Source: an uncultured Erysipelotrichaceae bacterium
Lineage (GTDB): Bacteria > Bacillota_I > Bacilli_A > RF39 > UBA660
Assembly (NCBI GenBank): GCA_902767365.1
Contig: CACXGX010000089.1
Span: forward strand, 1 to 51,176
Length of the DNA stretch: 51,176 nucleotides
Reading direction: 5' to 3'
The notes under the pieces: model-generated
Told to the model about the DNA's origin: nothing
The model's database searches: none
Seen by the model: only the letters and a program-made list of their open reading frames with translations
Program-made: the position numbers and the translations under genes
In this document: one piece after another, positions 26,707-36,262 of the stretch
Layout: the number at the start of each line of letters is the position of its first letter
Numbering within the stretch: the stretch's first letter is position 1

Positions 26707-29002
26707 AGAAAAGTTTATAATTCCTAAAAGTGTTCAAGACTGTATTCCTATTAAAGCAATTTATGAAGATGGGATTTTCTTATTATCTAGTAATAAGTAT
26801 AGTAAATGCTTTAGATTTACTGATATAAACTATGCAGTAGCTTCAGATGATGATAAGAAGAATCTATTTTTAAAGTATTCAGAACTTTTAAATTCATTTG
26901 ATACTGGTGCTACAACAAAAATAACTATTCTTAATAGAAAATTAAATAAAGTAGATTTTGAAAAGAATGTAATGATTCCTAAAGTTGGAGATAGTCTTGA
27001 TGAATATCGTGATGAGTATAATAAAATGTTAATGAATAAATCAATTGGAAATAATTCTATAATTCAAGAGAAATATTTAACAGTAACAGTTACAAAAAAG
27101 AATATAGAAGAAGCAAGAACATACTTTAGAAGAACAAGTACAGAATTAAACACTCATTTTAATCAATTAGGTTCTAAATGTATTGAACTTAATACTGAAG
27201 ATAGAATGAGATTAATTCATGATTTTTATAGAATTGGAGAAGAAAACATATTTACTTGGGATAGTAGAGATATATTAAAAAAAGGACATAGTTTTAAAGA
27301 TTATATATGTCCAGATACTTTTAGTTTTAATGATGACTATTTTGAAATGGGAGATAAGTTTGGAAGGATATTCTTTTTAAAAGATTATGCTAATTTTATA
27401 AGAGATGATATGGTATCAGAATTAACAGACTTAAATAGAAACTTAATATTATCCATAGATTTATTACCAATCCCAAAAGATGTTGCTATTCGTTTAGGTG
27501 AGAAAGTAAGACTAGGAGTTGAAACAAATATTACTAATTGGCAAAGAAGACAAAATAATAACAATAACTTTAGTGCAATAATTCCTTATGATATGGGGCA
27601 AGAAAGAGATGATTCGATTGACTTTTTAAATGATATGACAGCAAGAGATCAAAGAATGTTTTTATCTGTTTTGACGATGGTAATAATAGCAGATTCAAAA
27701 GAGAAACTAGATGAAGATACAGAAAGTTTATTAACTATATCAAGAAAACATTTGTGTCAGTTAGCAAAAATGAAATATCAACAACTACTGGGGTTAAATA
27801 TAACACTACCTATTGGTAATTTACTAATAGACCAAAACAGATCATTAACTACAGAATCAATTGCAGTATTTATGCCTTTTAGAGTTCAAGAAATACAACA
27901 AGAAAATGGAATATACTATGGACAAAATGTTATATCAAAAAATATGATAATAGCAGATAGAAGAAAACTATTAAATGGTAATTCGTTTATATTAGGTGTG
28001 TCAGGAAGTGGAAAATCTTTTGCAGCAAAAAATGAGATTGTATCAATTGCTTTAAGAGATAAAGATGCGGATATTATAATAATAGATCCAGAAAGGGAAT
28101 ACTTTAAATTAGTAGAAAAACTAGGTGGACAAGTAATAAGAATATCAGCAACAAGTGATAATCATATAAATCCTATGGATCTAAATGCTAATTATAGTGA
28201 TGAAGGAAATCCTGTTATATTAAAATCAGAGTTTATGTTATCTTTATGTGAAAGCTTGATAGGAGCAAATAGTTTGGGAGCAAAAGAAAAATCTATTATA
28301 GATAGATGTACAGCAAAAGTATATAGAGCATATCAACAAGGAAACTATATGGGAGTTGCACCAACTCTACAGGACTTTAGAGAAGAATTATCAAAGCAAC
28401 CTGAAAAAGAAGCAAATGATATAGCAGTAGCAATGGAATTATATACAAATGGTTCATTAAATACTTTTGCTAAGAACACAAATGTTGATATCAATAATAG
28501 AATAGTTTGTTATGATATTTTAGAACTTGATAAAAGCTTAAAAACATTTGGTATGCTAGTGGTACTTGATGCCATATTAAATAGAATAACTATAAATAGA
28601 CAAAAAGGGAAAAATACTTATATATTCATTGATGAAATATATTTATTATTTCAACAAGAATATTCTGCAAACTTCTTATTCACATTATGGAAAAGAGTAA
28701 GAAAGTATGGAGCATTTTGTACAGGTATTACACAAAATGTTGATGATTTATTACAAAGTCATACAGCTAGAACAATGTTAGCAAATTCAGAATTTTTAAT
28801 TATATTAAATCAATCAGGAACAGATGTATTTGAACTATCTAAATTATTATCTATATCAGATACACAAGAGGGCTATATTAAAAATGTTGATGTTGGAGAA
28901 GGTTTATTAAAAATAGGTAGTTCATTAATACCATTTAAAAATGAATTTCCAACTAATTTAAAACTATACAAGTTAATGACTACAAAACCTAATGAAAAAT
29001 AA
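26660..29002 (+). CDS. VirB4-like conjugal transfer ATPase (CD1110 type)
   Basis: About 780 aa; N-terminus ..IPKSVQDCIPIKAIYEDGIF.., Walker A GVSGSGKSF, Walker B YIFIDEIY; alternative start ATG 26672. Confidence 0.9.
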   Translation: MVRKMLNLKKILKKDKEKFIIPKSVQDCIPIKAIYEDGIFLLSSNKYSKCFRFTDINYAVASDDDKKNLFLKYSELLNSFDTGATTKITILNRKLNKVDFEKNVMIPKVGDSLDEYRDEYNKMLMNKSIGNNSIIQEKYLTVTVTKKNIEEARTYFRRTSTELNTHFNQLGSKCIELNTEDRMRLIHDFYRIGEENIFTWDSRDILKKGHSFKDYICPDTFSFNDDYFEMGDKFGRIFFLKDYANFIRDDMVSELTDLNRNLILSIDLLPIPKDVAIRLGEKVRLGVETNITNWQRRQNNNNNFSAIIPYDMGQERDDSIDFLNDMTARDQRMFLSVLTMVIIADSKEKLDEDTESLLTISRKHLCQLAKMKYQQLLGLNITLPIGNLLIDQNRSLTTESIAVFMPFRVQEIQQENGIYYGQNVISKNMIIADRRKLLNGNSFILGVSGSGKSFAAKNEIVSIALRDKDADIIIIDPEREYFKLVEKLGGQVIRISATSDNHINPMDLNANYSDEGNPVILKSEFMLSLCESLIGANSLGAKEKSIIDRCTAKVYRAYQQGNYMGVAPTLQDFREELSKQPEKEANDIAVAMELYTNGSLNTFAKNTNVDINNRIVCYDILELDKSLKTFGMLVVLDAILNRITINRQKGKNTYIFIDEIYLLFQQEYSANFLFTLWKRVRKYGAFCTGITQNVDDLLQSHTARTMLANSEFLIILNQSGTDVFELSKLLSISDTQEGYIKNVDVGEGLLKIGSSLIPFKNEFPTNLKLYKLMTTKPNEK

Positions 29003-29148
29003 TTTTACTAATATTATTGAAATGTTATATAATATTGATTGAGTTGTGTGAACTCAATGGAGAGGTTTATTATTCGACGATAATAAACAAGTAATGAGAA
29101 CTATTAGTAGAAATATTAGTAGTTTTTTTTTGTATTGGAGGTGAAATT

Positions 29149-30795
29149 TTGAAAGATATAAAAACAAAAGAAAATAAAATAAAAAATATTAAAACACTTG
29201 ATAAAACAAAAGCATGGACTGAAAGAATAAAAGATCCAGCTATGTATTTAAATGAAAAAGTTAAAGATAATACTACAGGAAACACTAATGCTGTAGATTA
29301 TGCAAGTGATAAATTGAAGTATGAAGCAAATAGAGCAAAGGATGAAGCAGAGTATTTAAGCAAAAAAGGAATAAATAAAACAAGAAATAGTGTTATAGAA
29401 AGAAAAGAAAAGAAGATAATTAAGGAAAAAATAGATGGTGTCAAAACAAAAGAAAAAATAGAAAAAATTGTTAAATCCGAAAACAAAAAGTTTAGTAAAA
29501 AAATAACCGAACAGGGCAAAAGATTAGCAATTTCTATAAAAGAAAAAACAATAAAAGGAAGTAAAAAAATATTTAATAGTAGTAAGAGTGCAATTAAAGG
29601 AATGATAGCAGGTTTGAAATCGTTAGTTAGTATTTTACTAGCAGGAGGATTTGTTTTAATGATTCCAATAATAATTATTTGCTTAATCGGTCTTTTAATA
29701 TATTCAATATTTGGTATTTTCTTTTCATCTGATTCAAGTAATTCAGTCAAGATGAGTGATTGTATTGTTGAATTAAATAATGAAATGGAATACAAAATAA
29801 AATCCCTAGAAAAAAGTATAGTTCATGATGAAGTTGTTATTGATTCAGATAAAGCACCATGGAAAGATGTTTTATCGGTTTATGCCGCAAGAGTTTCCAA
29901 TGGTAATGAAGAAGAAGTAATGACAATGAATCAAGAAAAGGAAAAAATACTTCGAGAAGTATTTTGGGATATGCATACAATTACTACAGAATTAAAAATA
30001 GAAAAATATACAAAAAAGACAATTGATTCAAGAGATGATTTTGAATTGACTGATGGAGGATTATCAAAGAAGCCAACATCTGCTTTAGATAAATATGAAG
30101 TAGACGTTGAAACAACTACTACAAAAAACATATTACACATTTATATAAGACGAAATAATCCTAATAGTTTGATAGAAAAATATAATTTTAATGAAGTTCA
30201 AAGAAATCAATATGAAGAATTGATGAAAGATGAACATAATAATTTATGGAGTTCTGTTATCTATGGTACATATGGTTCTAGTGGAGAATTAACAGAATGG
30301 AAGAAGAGAGGTAAAGAGTGGTCTAACATTAGAATTGGTACATCATCAAAATATATTAGTAATGCTGGGTGTTTAGTAACATCAATAGCAATATTAATTA
30401 AGAAGAGTGGAGTACCAACAAAGAATATTCAGCCATTTAATCCAGGAACCTTTGTAATAGCTTTAAATAATGTATATGGTTTTGATGGAGCAAACCTTAA
30501 GTATGATGCAGTATCAAAAGTTGTTCCTAACTTTGTTTATCAAGGAAGAGTATATTTAACTGGAAAAACGAAACAAGAAAAATATAATGAGATAAAAAAA
30601 TATTATGAAAACGGGTATTACCTTGCCATTGAAGTATTAGGAGCAACAAAAATTTCTCAACATTGGGTTGCATTAGATAAAGTAGAAAATAATATAATAT
30701 ATATGTTAGATCCAGATACATATGAAGTAGACATGTGGAAACAATATGATTTTAATAAAACAACCCAGTTTGTATTTTTTAAGACGACTATGTAA
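29149..30795 (+). CDS. conjugation-associated cell-wall hydrolase (membrane-anchored, NlpC/P60- or CHAP-like C-terminal domain)
   Basis: K-rich N-terminus, TM (LLAGGFVLMIPIIIICLIGLLIY), C-terminal Cys (NAGCLVTSIAIL) and His (QHWVALDKV) contexts; last gene of the T4SS block. Confidence 0.75.
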   Translation: MKDIKTKENKIKNIKTLDKTKAWTERIKDPAMYLNEKVKDNTTGNTNAVDYASDKLKYEANRAKDEAEYLSKKGINKTRNSVIERKEKKIIKEKIDGVKTKEKIEKIVKSENKKFSKKITEQGKRLAISIKEKTIKGSKKIFNSSKSAIKGMIAGLKSLVSILLAGGFVLMIPIIIICLIGLLIYSIFGIFFSSDSSNSVKMSDCIVELNNEMEYKIKSLEKSIVHDEVVIDSDKAPWKDVLSVYAARVSNGNEEEVMTMNQEKEKILREVFWDMHTITTELKIEKYTKKTIDSRDDFELTDGGLSKKPTSALDKYEVDVETTTTKNILHIYIRRNNPNSLIEKYNFNEVQRNQYEELMKDEHNNLWSSVIYGTYGSSGELTEWKKRGKEWSNIRIGTSSKYISNAGCLVTSIAILIKKSGVPTKNIQPFNPGTFVIALNNVYGFDGANLKYDAVSKVVPNFVYQGRVYLTGKTKQEKYNEIKKYYENGYYLAIEVLGATKISQHWVALDKVENNIIYMLDPDTYEVDMWKQYDFNKTTQFVFFKTTM

Positions 30796-31002
30796 GGCTA
30801 TTCTCTTATGAGATTGTTCTGTTTTCATTTGCAAAATAAAAAATGTTGAGAACTAAATTGTTAACAATATTTTTTATTTATCTACAATATATATCGTAGA
30901 TGATGGTATATATATGAAATATGAAGAAATATAATGAAATGTATTAATGGTAGGTGATGATATTAAATATGCAAATTAATTAATAAATGTTTTGACTATT
31001 AT

Positions 31003-32841
31003 TTATTGTAGTTTGTTAATAATATCAATTATTAAATCATTAGTTTTTTTAATAGTATCAGAAATATCTTTAACCATGTTATGACTTGCTAATAGTTTAC
31101 CATTTGCGTGACATAATGGATTTTCATTTCTTTTATTACATAAATTTTGGATATTATCAAAGTCTTGTATAGAAAAACATAAACCATCAACATAAATGTT
31201 TTTTAATTGTTTAGTAGTATAATTTATTTTTTGAGTTTTTTTTCCTAAATATTTGTATTCTATACAATTTGTGAAACAATCAAAATAATTTTTGTTATAT
31301 GATTGAGCTGCTAAATAATTCTTTTGTTTAATAGATGTTATTTCGAGATATTTGAAAAGAATTAGTTTATTCATCGAAATATCAATTTTAGTAGATAATA
31401 GAAATAGTTCACTGGTAATAGCATTGTTTCTCCAATCATTAATATAGTATTTTTCTATAAAAGAAGTAATTTCCGGATAATTAATCTTTATAGCATTTAG
31501 CAGTTTTGTTGATTTGAAGTTTCTATTTAATAAATATTGTAATGCCATAAAATTATGGTTGATATTCCAAAAATGACTTTCAGATTTTTGAAATAATCTA
31601 TATAGAAACTTTTTTATGAGATTTTCATCTTTTGTATTAGTAATAAGAGAAACCATTTTTCTTGGATCAACACTTATTACATCAATATCATTATTAATGA
31701 TGTCTGTTATTTTTGAAATGATTTTTGGTGCGTGTAACCAATCAATATTTCTATATATTAAGACATATAATATTTGATTTGCGTGAAACTTCGAATTTGG
31801 ATTTTCAAAGTATTTATTAATAAGTTCACGATAGTCCTCATAATTAAAACTTTGCTTTTCTGAGAATTTACTTAACTCGTTAAGAAATTGATAAAGTTTA
31901 ACTTGATATTCTAATGGTATAAATACATTCGTATTAAGCAAATCTGGTATTAATGAGAAACTTTTTAAATCTTCATATATATATGATGTGGGTTTAAAGG
32001 CAATCTTATTTTTATTAATTGATAGATTGTATTCAAAAATAATACTTTCATAAGTTGTAACAATTCTATTTTCTATTTTTCTTTTATTTTTTCTTCCATC
32101 AAAGTTCATAAAAATATATAAATCATCAACATATCGACATATTTCAAAAGCTGTAATATCTTCATCTTTTGTTAAAAAATTATATAATTTATTGTCTATT
32201 AAATCAAAATAAACTATAGTTGCTAAGTATACAGAAGTAGTTCCACATTCTGTTTGTGGGAAATTTCCTTTTCCAATGCTCATTAAAAATTCTTTTAAAA
32301 ACAATTGGTCCATTGGGGATAGACTCATTTTGTTTGACAACAATGATATTAGTTTATTTATATCGAGTTTATTAAAATAGTCAGAAATGTCTAATTTGCA
32401 ATAGTATTTATATTTTTTAGAAGATTTATCTACATGGTTAATGAAACTTTGATAGCTTGTATCATAATGCAAAATGTCATTTTCAAAGTCTCCACCATAT
32501 TTAACAAATATATTTTTGTTTCTTTCTTGCTTATAGTTCTTTTCAATATTTAATCCGATTGCAATATAATAAATGTAGAAGATAGGAGTGATTAGATATC
32601 TTCTTCTAAACCCGCCATCTCCTTTTTTACTATAGTTATCAATTATATCAAAGTTTGAATAGTTATTTAAAAAGAATCCATTTTTTATGCAAGAATTGAA
32701 ATATTTTTCTTCTTTTATTGTGCTTAAGTCATTCCATTTATAGAAAGGATAAAGTTGTAGGTAATACTTACCAAAGACTTTTGAATATTTTTCAATAATA
32801 TTACAAGCATTTATCCAATCTTCATATTTTAAATTAAACAT
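31003..32841 (-). CDS. defence-type reverse transcriptase with C-terminal HEPN-like motif (AbiA-like)
   Basis: 612 aa. RT motifs: GGFRRRYLITP, KLDISDYFNKL, FPQTECGTTSVYLA, RYVDDLYIF (YVDD encoded at 32122-32133). C-terminal KRNENPLCH fits Rx6H. SD GGAGGT. Confidence 0.75.
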   Translation of the reverse strand: MFNLKYEDWINACNIIEKYSKVFGKYYLQLYPFYKWNDLSTIKEEKYFNSCIKNGFFLNNYSNFDIIDNYSKKGDGGFRRRYLITPIFYIYYIAIGLNIEKNYKQERNKNIFVKYGGDFENDILHYDTSYQSFINHVDKSSKKYKYYCKLDISDYFNKLDINKLISLLSNKMSLSPMDQLFLKEFLMSIGKGNFPQTECGTTSVYLATIVYFDLIDNKLYNFLTKDEDITAFEICRYVDDLYIFMNFDGRKNKRKIENRIVTTYESIIFEYNLSINKNKIAFKPTSYIYEDLKSFSLIPDLLNTNVFIPLEYQVKLYQFLNELSKFSEKQSFNYEDYRELINKYFENPNSKFHANQILYVLIYRNIDWLHAPKIISKITDIINNDIDVISVDPRKMVSLITNTKDENLIKKFLYRLFQKSESHFWNINHNFMALQYLLNRNFKSTKLLNAIKINYPEITSFIEKYYINDWRNNAITSELFLLSTKIDISMNKLILFKYLEITSIKQKNYLAAQSYNKNYFDCFTNCIEYKYLGKKTQKINYTTKQLKNIYVDGLCFSIQDFDNIQNLCNKRNENPLCHANGKLLASHNMVKDISDTIKKTNDLIIDIINKLQ

Positions 32842-32881
32842 TTGATACCTCCTTTGAATTATTACGTGTTTAAAAATAGAA

Positions 32882-32921
32882 AAGAGTATAGTATTCCATT
32901 TTTTTGAAAAACTATACTCTT
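32882..32921 (-). promoter_or_regulatory. 11-bp perfect inverted repeat in the RT 5' leader
   Basis: AAGAGTATAGT-(18 nt)-ACTATACTCTT lies between a minus-strand extended -10 (TGTTATAAT, complement of 32934-32942) and the RT SD. Confidence 0.4.
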
Positions 32922-33066
32922 ATTATCAAACTTATTATAACATACTTTTCATTTTTTTAATAATTTCGTTATTTTTTTTAAATAATCCATTAACAAAACT
33001 ATATTTTTTTTTAACTATTATAGTAATAGTTCTTTACAACATAGTAATTTTTTTGATTCAAATGTA

Positions 33067-33095
33067 TTGACATATTAAAAAAAAAATATTATATT
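33067..33095 (+). promoter_or_regulatory. sigma-A-type promoter for the Abi_2 gene
   Basis: TTGACA (33067-33072), 17-nt spacer, TATATT (33090-33095). Confidence 0.45.
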
Positions 33096-33105
33096 ATTCT
33101 CGTGA

Positions 33106-34113
33106 TTGAGCTTTGGTTACCCGCGTGGGCCAGAGCCTTTTTCATATAAGGAAGTGATTTTTTTGAAAGATTTTAAAACTTATGCTGAACAAATTGATTT
33201 GCTTAAAACTAGAGGTTTGATTATAAATGATGAAAATTTTGCTTTGGAAAAACTTAAAGAGGAAAACTATTATAATATAATTAATGGTTATAAAGAATTG
33301 TTCATTACTCCAGGAACAACAGATAATTTTATAACTGGTACAACTTTTGAAGAAATATACTGTTTATATGATTTTGATAGAGAGCTTAGAAATATATTAT
33401 TTAAACAAATATTAAAAGTAGAAAACATTCTTCGTTCATTAATAGCATACAATTTTTCGGAATTATATGGAAATGATAATTATCTAAAATTATCAAATTT
33501 TGAAACTTTAAGAGGTAGTAATTGTAATCAAAAAAAATATCAAGAAAGAATTGAACAAATTCAAAAATTATTAACAAATTTGCAAAATGATATTTCTGGT
33601 GCCATATCAAAGAAACCATATATTAATCACTATATGTTGAATTATGGTTTTGTTCCATTATGGGTATTGGTTAATGCAATTTCATTAGGAAGGCTTAGTC
33701 AATTTTATTCTTTGATGAATCAATCTGTTAGAGTAAAAGTTGCAATGCATTGGAATATAATGGAAGAAGATTTAAATCAATATATAAAAACATTAGCTTA
33801 CTATAGAAACCAATGTGCACATGATGAGCGTATTTATAATTCAAAGTGTAATCAAGATATACCAGATTGCGATATTCATAATAGATTGAATATTCCAAAT
33901 GTAAATGGGAGATATTCGAATGGTAAAAATGATTTGTTTTCTCTAATTATTGTTTTAAAAATATTACTTCCTTCAGAAGATTTTAATAATATGTGCAACA
34001 AAATAGATGGTAGAATGAGAAGTTTAAGTCAGAAAATAACCCATATAAATTATATAGATGTATTTAATGCTATGGGGTTTCCATCTAATTGGATTCAAAT
34101 AAAAACGGCTTAG
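33106..34113 (+). CDS. AbiD/AbiF-family (Abi_2) abortive-infection protein with HEPN motif
   Basis: ..KDFKTYAEQIDLLKTRGLII.. N-terminus and YYRNQCAHDERIYN (RNxxAH, Rx4H) are typical of Abi_2. The true start is probably TTG 33163, after SD AAGGAAG. Confidence 0.8.
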   Translation: MSFGYPRGPEPFSYKEVIFLKDFKTYAEQIDLLKTRGLIINDENFALEKLKEENYYNIINGYKELFITPGTTDNFITGTTFEEIYCLYDFDRELRNILFKQILKVENILRSLIAYNFSELYGNDNYLKLSNFETLRGSNCNQKKYQERIEQIQKLLTNLQNDISGAISKKPYINHYMLNYGFVPLWVLVNAISLGRLSQFYSLMNQSVRVKVAMHWNIMEEDLNQYIKTLAYYRNQCAHDERIYNSKCNQDIPDCDIHNRLNIPNVNGRYSNGKNDLFSLIIVLKILLPSEDFNNMCNKIDGRMRSLSQKITHINYIDVFNAMGFPSNWIQIKTA

Positions 34114-34217
34114 GGCGACACGCGTATCCTAAGCTCCTTTAATATTATGCATTAATAACAAAAAATATATACATTTTAATATTTTGATAAAGTTTAATTA
34201 TCTTAATGGAGTAGAAA

Positions 34218-34568
34218 ATGGGAGATTTTGGTATAAGATTAAAAAAAATAAGAATGAGTAATAACCTAACACAACAAGATTTGGCAGATATGTTATTTTT
34301 ATCAAAAAGTATAATATGTAGCTATGAAAAAGGAACAAGAATGGCTTCTCTATATACTTTAATTAGAATATCTGAAATATTTGATTTAGATATAAATTAT
34401 TTAATAGGAAGAGAAATAAGCATAGTAAACAAAAATAGATTTATTGGAAAATCTTCATATGAAGAATATGAACTTATTAAAGAATTAAGAAAGTATAGTA
34501 AGTTATATTCTTTGTTAATTAATAATTCAAGAAGAACTTTATCATATATTAATAAAAAATTTTTTTAA
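34218..34568 (+). CDS. XRE-family helix-turn-helix transcriptional regulator
   Basis: IRLKKIRMSNNLTQQDLADMLFLSKSIICSYEKGTRMASLYTLIRISEIFDLDINYLIG is a canonical HTH_3 pattern. Confidence 0.8.
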   Translation: MGDFGIRLKKIRMSNNLTQQDLADMLFLSKSIICSYEKGTRMASLYTLIRISEIFDLDINYLIGREISIVNKNRFIGKSSYEEYELIKELRKYSKLYSLLINNSRRTLSYINKKFF

Positions 34569-34636
34569 AATAAGTAACTATTTTGGGAAGATCACTTCTT
34601 AATGGGTAATAATATAATTAGGAGGTGATGGTCAAT

Positions 34637-34723
34637 ATGTTTTTATATGAAATAAGTGAAAGTGGATTAGATATTACAGAATTAGATAATGATATATTAT
34701 TACAAATAGTTATGTTATATTAA
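34637..34723 (+). CDS. possible 28-aa acidic micropeptide (MFLYEISESGLDITELDNDILLQIVMLY)
   Basis: Strong SD TAGGAGGTGA at 34619-34628; in-frame ATGs at 34628 and 34637; followed by a 16-bp-stem terminator; no homology assessable. Confidence 0.3.
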   Translation: MFLYEISESGLDITELDNDILLQIVMLY

Positions 34724-34752
34724 TATTAGCTAATCATTGTATTTTTGCTATA

Positions 34753-34798
34753 ATCTCTTATTTGGAGAGTAAATTCTCCAAATAAGAGATTTTTTTTT
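34753..34798 (+). terminator. strong rho-independent terminator
   Basis: 16-bp perfect stem ATCTCTTATTTGGAGA/TCTCCAAATAAGAGAT followed by a T8 run. Confidence 0.8.
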
Positions 34799-34912
34799 AC
34801 TATTTCTATGTTATAAATTAATTATATGAAAAAGGAAAAATATGTTAACAACATTTTTTATAAAATGCGTACGAGTTATAATAAATGTTTGTTATAAATG
34901 ATAGGAGGAAAT

Positions 34913-36163
34913 ATGAAAAAAACAAAAACAATACTATTATTAATATTAGTACTAACTATGATTGGAATGCCGTTAGTATATGCTTCTTATGATTCAACAA
35001 AAGCAGTTGCTATGTCTGTTGGTACAGATTATAGCGGAACTTGGCCATTGGAATCAGATATAGATACTACTCAAGATGCAATAGATGCTCAAGCTGCTTT
35101 TGCAAATATGGGTTTTAATTCATATTATCAGAGTATTCCAACATATCAATACTTAAGAGGCAATAATCCATATACAGGAAGTCCAAGAATGGAGAGTAGA
35201 ATATTGTTCTTTAGTGGACATGGAAATTATCAAAGTGTAACGTATGATTATAAAAAGTATTCAGGGGATTATAAAACTGGTGTTTTTTGGTACTATAATT
35301 ATGATTCTCCCACTTCAGGATATAAATATGCAGGAATTTATTCTTATAATATGAATAAAGTTAAATTAGCAATTTTTGGCGCTTGTCAAACTGCTTTTGG
35401 AACTGATAACATAGCAAAAAGAGCAAATACAGCAGGAGCGGGAACAACTTTAGGATGGTCAGTATCGATAGGTTCTACATCTCATTCTCAATGGTTTAAT
35501 AACTTTTTTACTAAATTAAAACAATCTGGAAGAACAGTTCAATCTGCTGTTGATTATGCAAATAGTTTTTCATACTCAGATAATGGTGTAAAAAATGTTA
35601 TTGTATATGGAGACACAACTTATGTTCCTACTTGGAATACTAGTTCTTCAACATCTTCAAATAATCCATCTCAATCAGATCGAGGTAATACTACAAATAT
35701 TTTATTATCTGACATTTCAAATATAAATTCTAATAAAACTATTATAGAAGATTATATTAAAGAAAATATGAATAAAGATTTTAAAATTGATGATTATAGC
35801 CTAGAAATAAATGGAGAAGGAAATAGAAAATATTATGATCTTAAATTACTAGTAAATGGTGCAAAAACAAATAGTGCTTATACAATAGTAATTGAGAATA
35901 ATACAATTGTTGAAATAATTGATAATACAATAGAATCATTTGATTGGAAAAATGTAAAAGAAAACACAATTTCAAAAGAAGAGCAAAGTAGGATTGCAAA
36001 TGAAATAAAGGAAAAAGTTGAAAAGAATGATAACTATAAAGTGATGTCTCAAAAAATTGAAACAATTTATGATATTGATTATTCAGAATATAAAACTCTA
36101 ATTTTAACAGAAGTAAAAGAAAAATCTACAAATACATTATTTGTAATGGAAGATTTATTGTAG
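34913..36163 (+). CDS. Sec-secreted CHAT/caspase-like (clan CD-type His-Cys) protein
   Basis: Signal peptide MKKTKTILLLILVLTMIGMPLVYA. RILFFSGHG (His) and LAIFGACQTAFGTDNIAKRANTAGAGTTLGWSV (Cys) match the CHAT pattern hFaGHG / LsaCqTa.G...a...aGa....lW.v. ATG 34913 follows SD AGGAGG. Confidence 0.55.
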   Translation: MKKTKTILLLILVLTMIGMPLVYASYDSTKAVAMSVGTDYSGTWPLESDIDTTQDAIDAQAAFANMGFNSYYQSIPTYQYLRGNNPYTGSPRMESRILFFSGHGNYQSVTYDYKKYSGDYKTGVFWYYNYDSPTSGYKYAGIYSYNMNKVKLAIFGACQTAFGTDNIAKRANTAGAGTTLGWSVSIGSTSHSQWFNNFFTKLKQSGRTVQSAVDYANSFSYSDNGVKNVIVYGDTTYVPTWNTSSSTSSNNPSQSDRGNTTNILLSDISNINSNKTIIEDYIKENMNKDFKIDDYSLEINGEGNRKYYDLKLLVNGAKTNSAYTIVIENNTIVEIIDNTIESFDWKNVKENTISKEEQSRIANEIKEKVEKNDNYKVMSQKIETIYDIDYSEYKTLILTEVKEKSTNTLFVMEDLL

Positions 36164-36165
36164 AA

Positions 36166-36192
36166 AAAATGGCTCATTGCGAGCCATTTTTT
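36166..36192 (+). terminator. rho-independent terminator
   Basis: AAAATGGCTC-attgc-GAGCCATTTT followed by a T-run. Confidence 0.65.
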
Positions 36193-36262
36193 AATTCATA
36201 TTACTATTTATAAAAAATATGTTATAATTAGAGAGTAAAAATTATTTTAATTTGGTGATAAT

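Noticed and set aside
29298-29795. 165-aa minus-strand ORF, plus the many other 60-116-aa antisense ORFs in the track (e.g. 2461-2643, 8128-8334, 9410-9664, 10305-10517, 11274-11504, 11654-12004, 12349-12576, 20481-20787, 20989-21279, 37723-38124, 43011-43475, 43988-44420)
   Set aside because: All lie entirely inside well-supported + strand genes. They have low-complexity Phe/Leu/Ile/Ser-rich translations typical of shadow frames in AT-rich DNA, and they have no SD.
31003-33060. A retron (msr/msd) or group II intron context for the reverse transcriptase
   Set aside because: The upstream leader is only about 85 nt with a single simple hairpin. There are no flanking a1/a2 inverted repeats, no intron domain V/VI-like sequence, and no maturase/En domains. 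The C-terminal HEPN-like motif and the size fit Abi-type RTs.
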